Shown here piece after piece: positions 60,525-64,000 of a stretch of DNA of 64,000 nucleotides; positions within the stretch are counted from its first letter, which is position 1, and each line of letters starts with the position of its first letter. The stretch is from Dendrobates tinctorius (taxonomy: Eukaryota): NCBI RefSeq assembly GCF_039654945.1, contig NW_027361696.1:49228001-49292000 (forward strand), written 5' to 3'. Below the pieces are notes generated by a model, which saw only the letters and a list, made by a program, of their open reading frames with translations, had not been told where the DNA came from and searched no databases. The translations under genes and the position numbers were made by a program.

Positions 60525-63500
60525 TAGAGTTGAGCGAAACGGGTCGGTCAAATTCATAAGTCGCCGATTTTCGCTGAAGTCGGGTTTCATGAAACGAAAC
60601 TCGACCATAGCGTGAGATCAGCCATGAGGTCGGCGACCAGAGCGCCAAAGTCGCGTTTCAAATTATGCTTCCAGCACCCTTTTTCAGCCAATGATGGAGG
60701 ACGTACACTGTGGGCAACGCGATGACATGGGCATCGGTCACCACCGTCTTTGAGAAGGGCATGCAAGTGATTGGCTTGCTTTGTGTGGCGTCACAGGGGC
60801 TATAAAAGGGCGTGCACGCCGACCGTCATCTTTCTTCTGCCGATATTAGCATTAGGGAGAGGTTGCAGCTGCTGATTCTGAATAAGGGAGAGCGTTAGGC
60901 AGGGAAGAAGAACAAAAAAACTGCTTCTGCTGTTAGCGATTTCCACTGTACAACACAACAGTTTGTGTGCAGTGACAGGGAAGGCTATATTTTTTGTGCA
61001 TCAGCTCTGTTGGTTATTAGGCTGCCTTATAAGGCTCCCTGATAGCTGCATTGCTGTTTGAACACTGCTGTGCAAACTGCTTTTTTAAAAGCAAAAATAC
61101 TTTTCTTCCTCTTTTCTGCACAGTTACCAAGCGTTCATTTTTCCACCCTTTTGTGTGTGCAGCAGTCCTGCTTATTAGGCTGCCTGCTGCCATACTTGGA
61201 CTGAGAGCATCATTGTCAGCCTCCTACAATCTCTAGGGAGATTCAAATTCTCCCCAATACTATATACACCTTGTACTTTGTCATACACCAGCCAATTTCA
61301 GCCTGTTAAATTGAGATGTAATCTATATTGGGCCTGAGCTAATAGTTCAGCCTCCTAAAATCTCTAGGGAGATTCAAATTCTCCCCTATACTATATACAC
61401 ACCTTGTACCTGGTCATACACCTGCCTATTTCAGCCAGTTAAATTGAGGTGTAATCTATAGTGGGCCTGAGATAATTGTTCAGCCTCCTAAAATCTCTAG
61501 GGAGATTCAAATTCTCCCCAATACTATAGACACCTTGTACTTTGTCACACACCAGCCAATTTCAGCCTGTTAAATTGAGATGTAATCTATATTGGGCCTG
61601 AGATAATAGTTCAGCCTCCTAAAATCTCTAGGGAGATTCAAATTCTCCCCAATAATATATACACCTTGTACTTTATCATACACCAGCCAATTTCAGCCTG
61701 TTAAATTGAGGTGTAATCTATATTGGCCCTGAGATAATAGTTCAGCCTCCTAAAATCTCTAGGGAGCTTCCAATTCTCCCCAATACTATATACACACCTT
61801 GTGCCTGGTCATACACCTGCCTATTTCAGCCTGTTAAATTGAGGTGTAATCTATAGTGAGACTGAGATAATTGTTCAGCCACCTAAAATCTCTAGGGAGC
61901 TTCTAATTCTCCCCAATACTATATACACCTTGTACCTTGTTTCACAGTACCATATAGCTGGTGGTATTTTTGGTACATTTTTCCAAAAATGAGGAAGTAT
62001 GGTGGAAGAGGCCGTGGAAGTGGGCGGGGGTTGCCAGCTGGTACTGATGGTGGTGGGGGTGGTGGTGCATCTGCTGGTAGTGGCAAAAGCAAAATAGCAC
62101 CTAAGGCAGGAGGTGTTGAGCCTGCGTCATCGTCTGGCTCCACAAGGCCTCGAAGGCTCCCTTTTCTGGGAGTAGGTAAACCGCTTTTAAAGCCGGAGCA
62201 TCAGGAACAAGTTTTGGCTTACATTGCTGACACAGCCTCCAGCTCTATCACCTCCTCTTCTGAAGTTTCAAAAAATAAAAGCACTGAGTCGTCAGTGGAG
62301 GCTCCTGGTCAGGAACAACACCTTTCCTTGTGTCCTTCACCCCTACCAAAAGTGAAGGATGCGGCAGGCCACACTATAGATTACTCCATGGAGCTCTTTT
62401 CACATACCATGCCTGGATTATCAAGTCAAATCATGAATTCCCCAGTCCAAGATGAATCGGACATGGAGTGCACTGATACACAGCCACTGCTAGATTTTTC
62501 TGCTGGTACATTCACTCAGAGCACTACATGGTCCTCGCAGTGTACTGAGCCAGAATCTGACCCTGATGAAACTCAGGTGCCCCTTCCCACATACTATACC
62601 ACCTTACACGGTGACACAGAGTAAGGTCCACATGAAGTTGAAGAGGAGGTGATGGATGACCCAGTTGTTGACCCAGATTGGCATCCATTGGGGGGAAGAG
62701 GGTGCCGCTGCCAATAGCTCAGAAGAGGAGGAGGAGGATCCGCAGCAGGCATCGACATCGCAACAGCTGTTATCTGGCAGGCCCATAGCAGTACAAAAAC
62801 GGTTTACAAAAACCCAAAGAATTGCAGGACAGCTTGGCCAGACGGTCAAATTAGCACAGCGTGCAAGGCCTCAAAATGTCTTCCATAGTAGGAAGAGTGC
62901 AGTGTGGCACTTTTTTGAACAAAATCCTAATGATCAGGCAAAGGTTATCTGTAAGAAGTGCACAAAGACCTTTAGCCGAGGGAAAAATCTGAGAAATTTG
63001 AATACCAGTTGCATGCTTAGACATTTAACCACCATGCACTTGCAAGCGTGGACGGACTACCAAACCTCATGTACCACATGTGCACCTGCTCCGAATGAAG
63101 GTAGTTAGCAACGCTACATCGCTTCCCCCACTGTAAGCCCACCGGTTAGCACACCACCAGCAGCAAATGTTGAGGTGTCGTCGCAAGGCCAAAGCAGTCA
63201 GGGAATCACAATGTTATTGCTACGAAAGACTGAATCTAGGCCATCAGCAAGACCACCAACACCATCACCATCACCAACCTTCTCTCAGTCCGCCATGTCC
63301 ACCGCTAGTTCCACCATATGCAGCTCAAAAGTCCAGCTCACCCTACCAGAGACTCTCAGTAGGACAAGAAAGTACTCATCCTCTCATCCGAGTACACAGT
63401 GTTTGAACGCCCACATTGCCAAACTAATCTCGAAGCTTTCCGCGAGCTCATGGCCTACGCAGTATCACGCTATGACCTACCCAGTCGGCACTTCTTTTCT

Positions 63501-64000
63501 CGAAAAGCCATCCCAGCTCTCCACCTGCATGTGAAAGACTGCATTGTCCATGCACTCAAGCAATCAGCTAGTGGAAAGGTGCACCTCACAACAGATGCAT
63601 GGTCCAGTAGGCATGGCCAGGGCCGTTACGTGTCCATCACTGCGCACTGGGTTAATGTGGTGGATGCAGGGTCCACAGGGGACAGCGGCGGTGGGACAGT
63701 GCTGCCTAGCCCACGGTATAGGAAACAGTTGGCTGGAGCATTCGACCCTCCTCCTTCTCCTCCAGAAGCAAAAGCTCGTCCACAGAGCACAGTCGCACGA
63801 GCACTCCATCCGCAGCTGCCAGTGTTGCACACGAGGTGCCCCACTATCGAACAGCTAGTGGTAAGCGTCAGCAGGCTGTGTTGAAGATGATGTGTTTGGG
63901 TGACAACAGACACACCGCAGAGGTACTGGCTGACTACTTGCAGCGACAAGCATGGCTGGGCAGTCTACATCTTGAGGCAGGCAAGGTAGTTAGTGATAAC
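60525..64000 (+). mobile_element. hAT transposon with decayed BED-finger transposase; runs off the window end
   Basis: TIR TAGAGTTGAGCGAA; BED finger SAVWHFF...CKKC...TSCMLRHLTTMH; PSRHFF, VHLTTDAWSSRHGQGRYVSITAHWV; stops and frameshifts. Confidence 0.88.
61217..61940. repeat. 131/133-bp tandem repeat (~5.5 units) inside the hAT element
   Basis: CAGCC(T/A)CCTA unit starts at 61217, 61348, 61481, 61612, 61743 and 61876. Confidence 0.9.

Overview
Eukaryotic, repeat-rich vertebrate DNA. The repeat families (Tc1, PIF/Harbinger, T2/Kolobok MITEs, Penelope, L1, chromovirus Gypsy, hAT, Helitron) suggest a neobatrachian frog; this is inference. The host content is a Ly6/uPAR (three-finger) gene cluster. 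Two intact 5-exon + strand genes encode secreted two-domain three-finger proteins of the PLI-gamma / sodefrin-precursor-like / PINLYP class: gene A (3804-17720, 207 aa) and gene B (39745-52273, 227 aa, with a very acidic DDDK/EEEY-repeat tail). Intron 2 of gene B holds a ~35-bp minisatellite. Inside that array sits a ~5-kb antisense fragment of a third gene with at least 3 LU domains (4 exons with introns). That fragment in turn contains a pol-less LTR retroelement (tRNA-Ser PBS, PPT) whose decayed ORF encodes a cold-shock (OB-fold RNA-binding) domain; this is the most unusual element seen. The rest is nested transposons, minisatellites, fold-back elements, Penelope fragments with minimal hammerhead-ribozyme motifs, a 4-copy 467-bp tandem repeat and a 143-N gap. 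All calls were made by eye; no searches were run.
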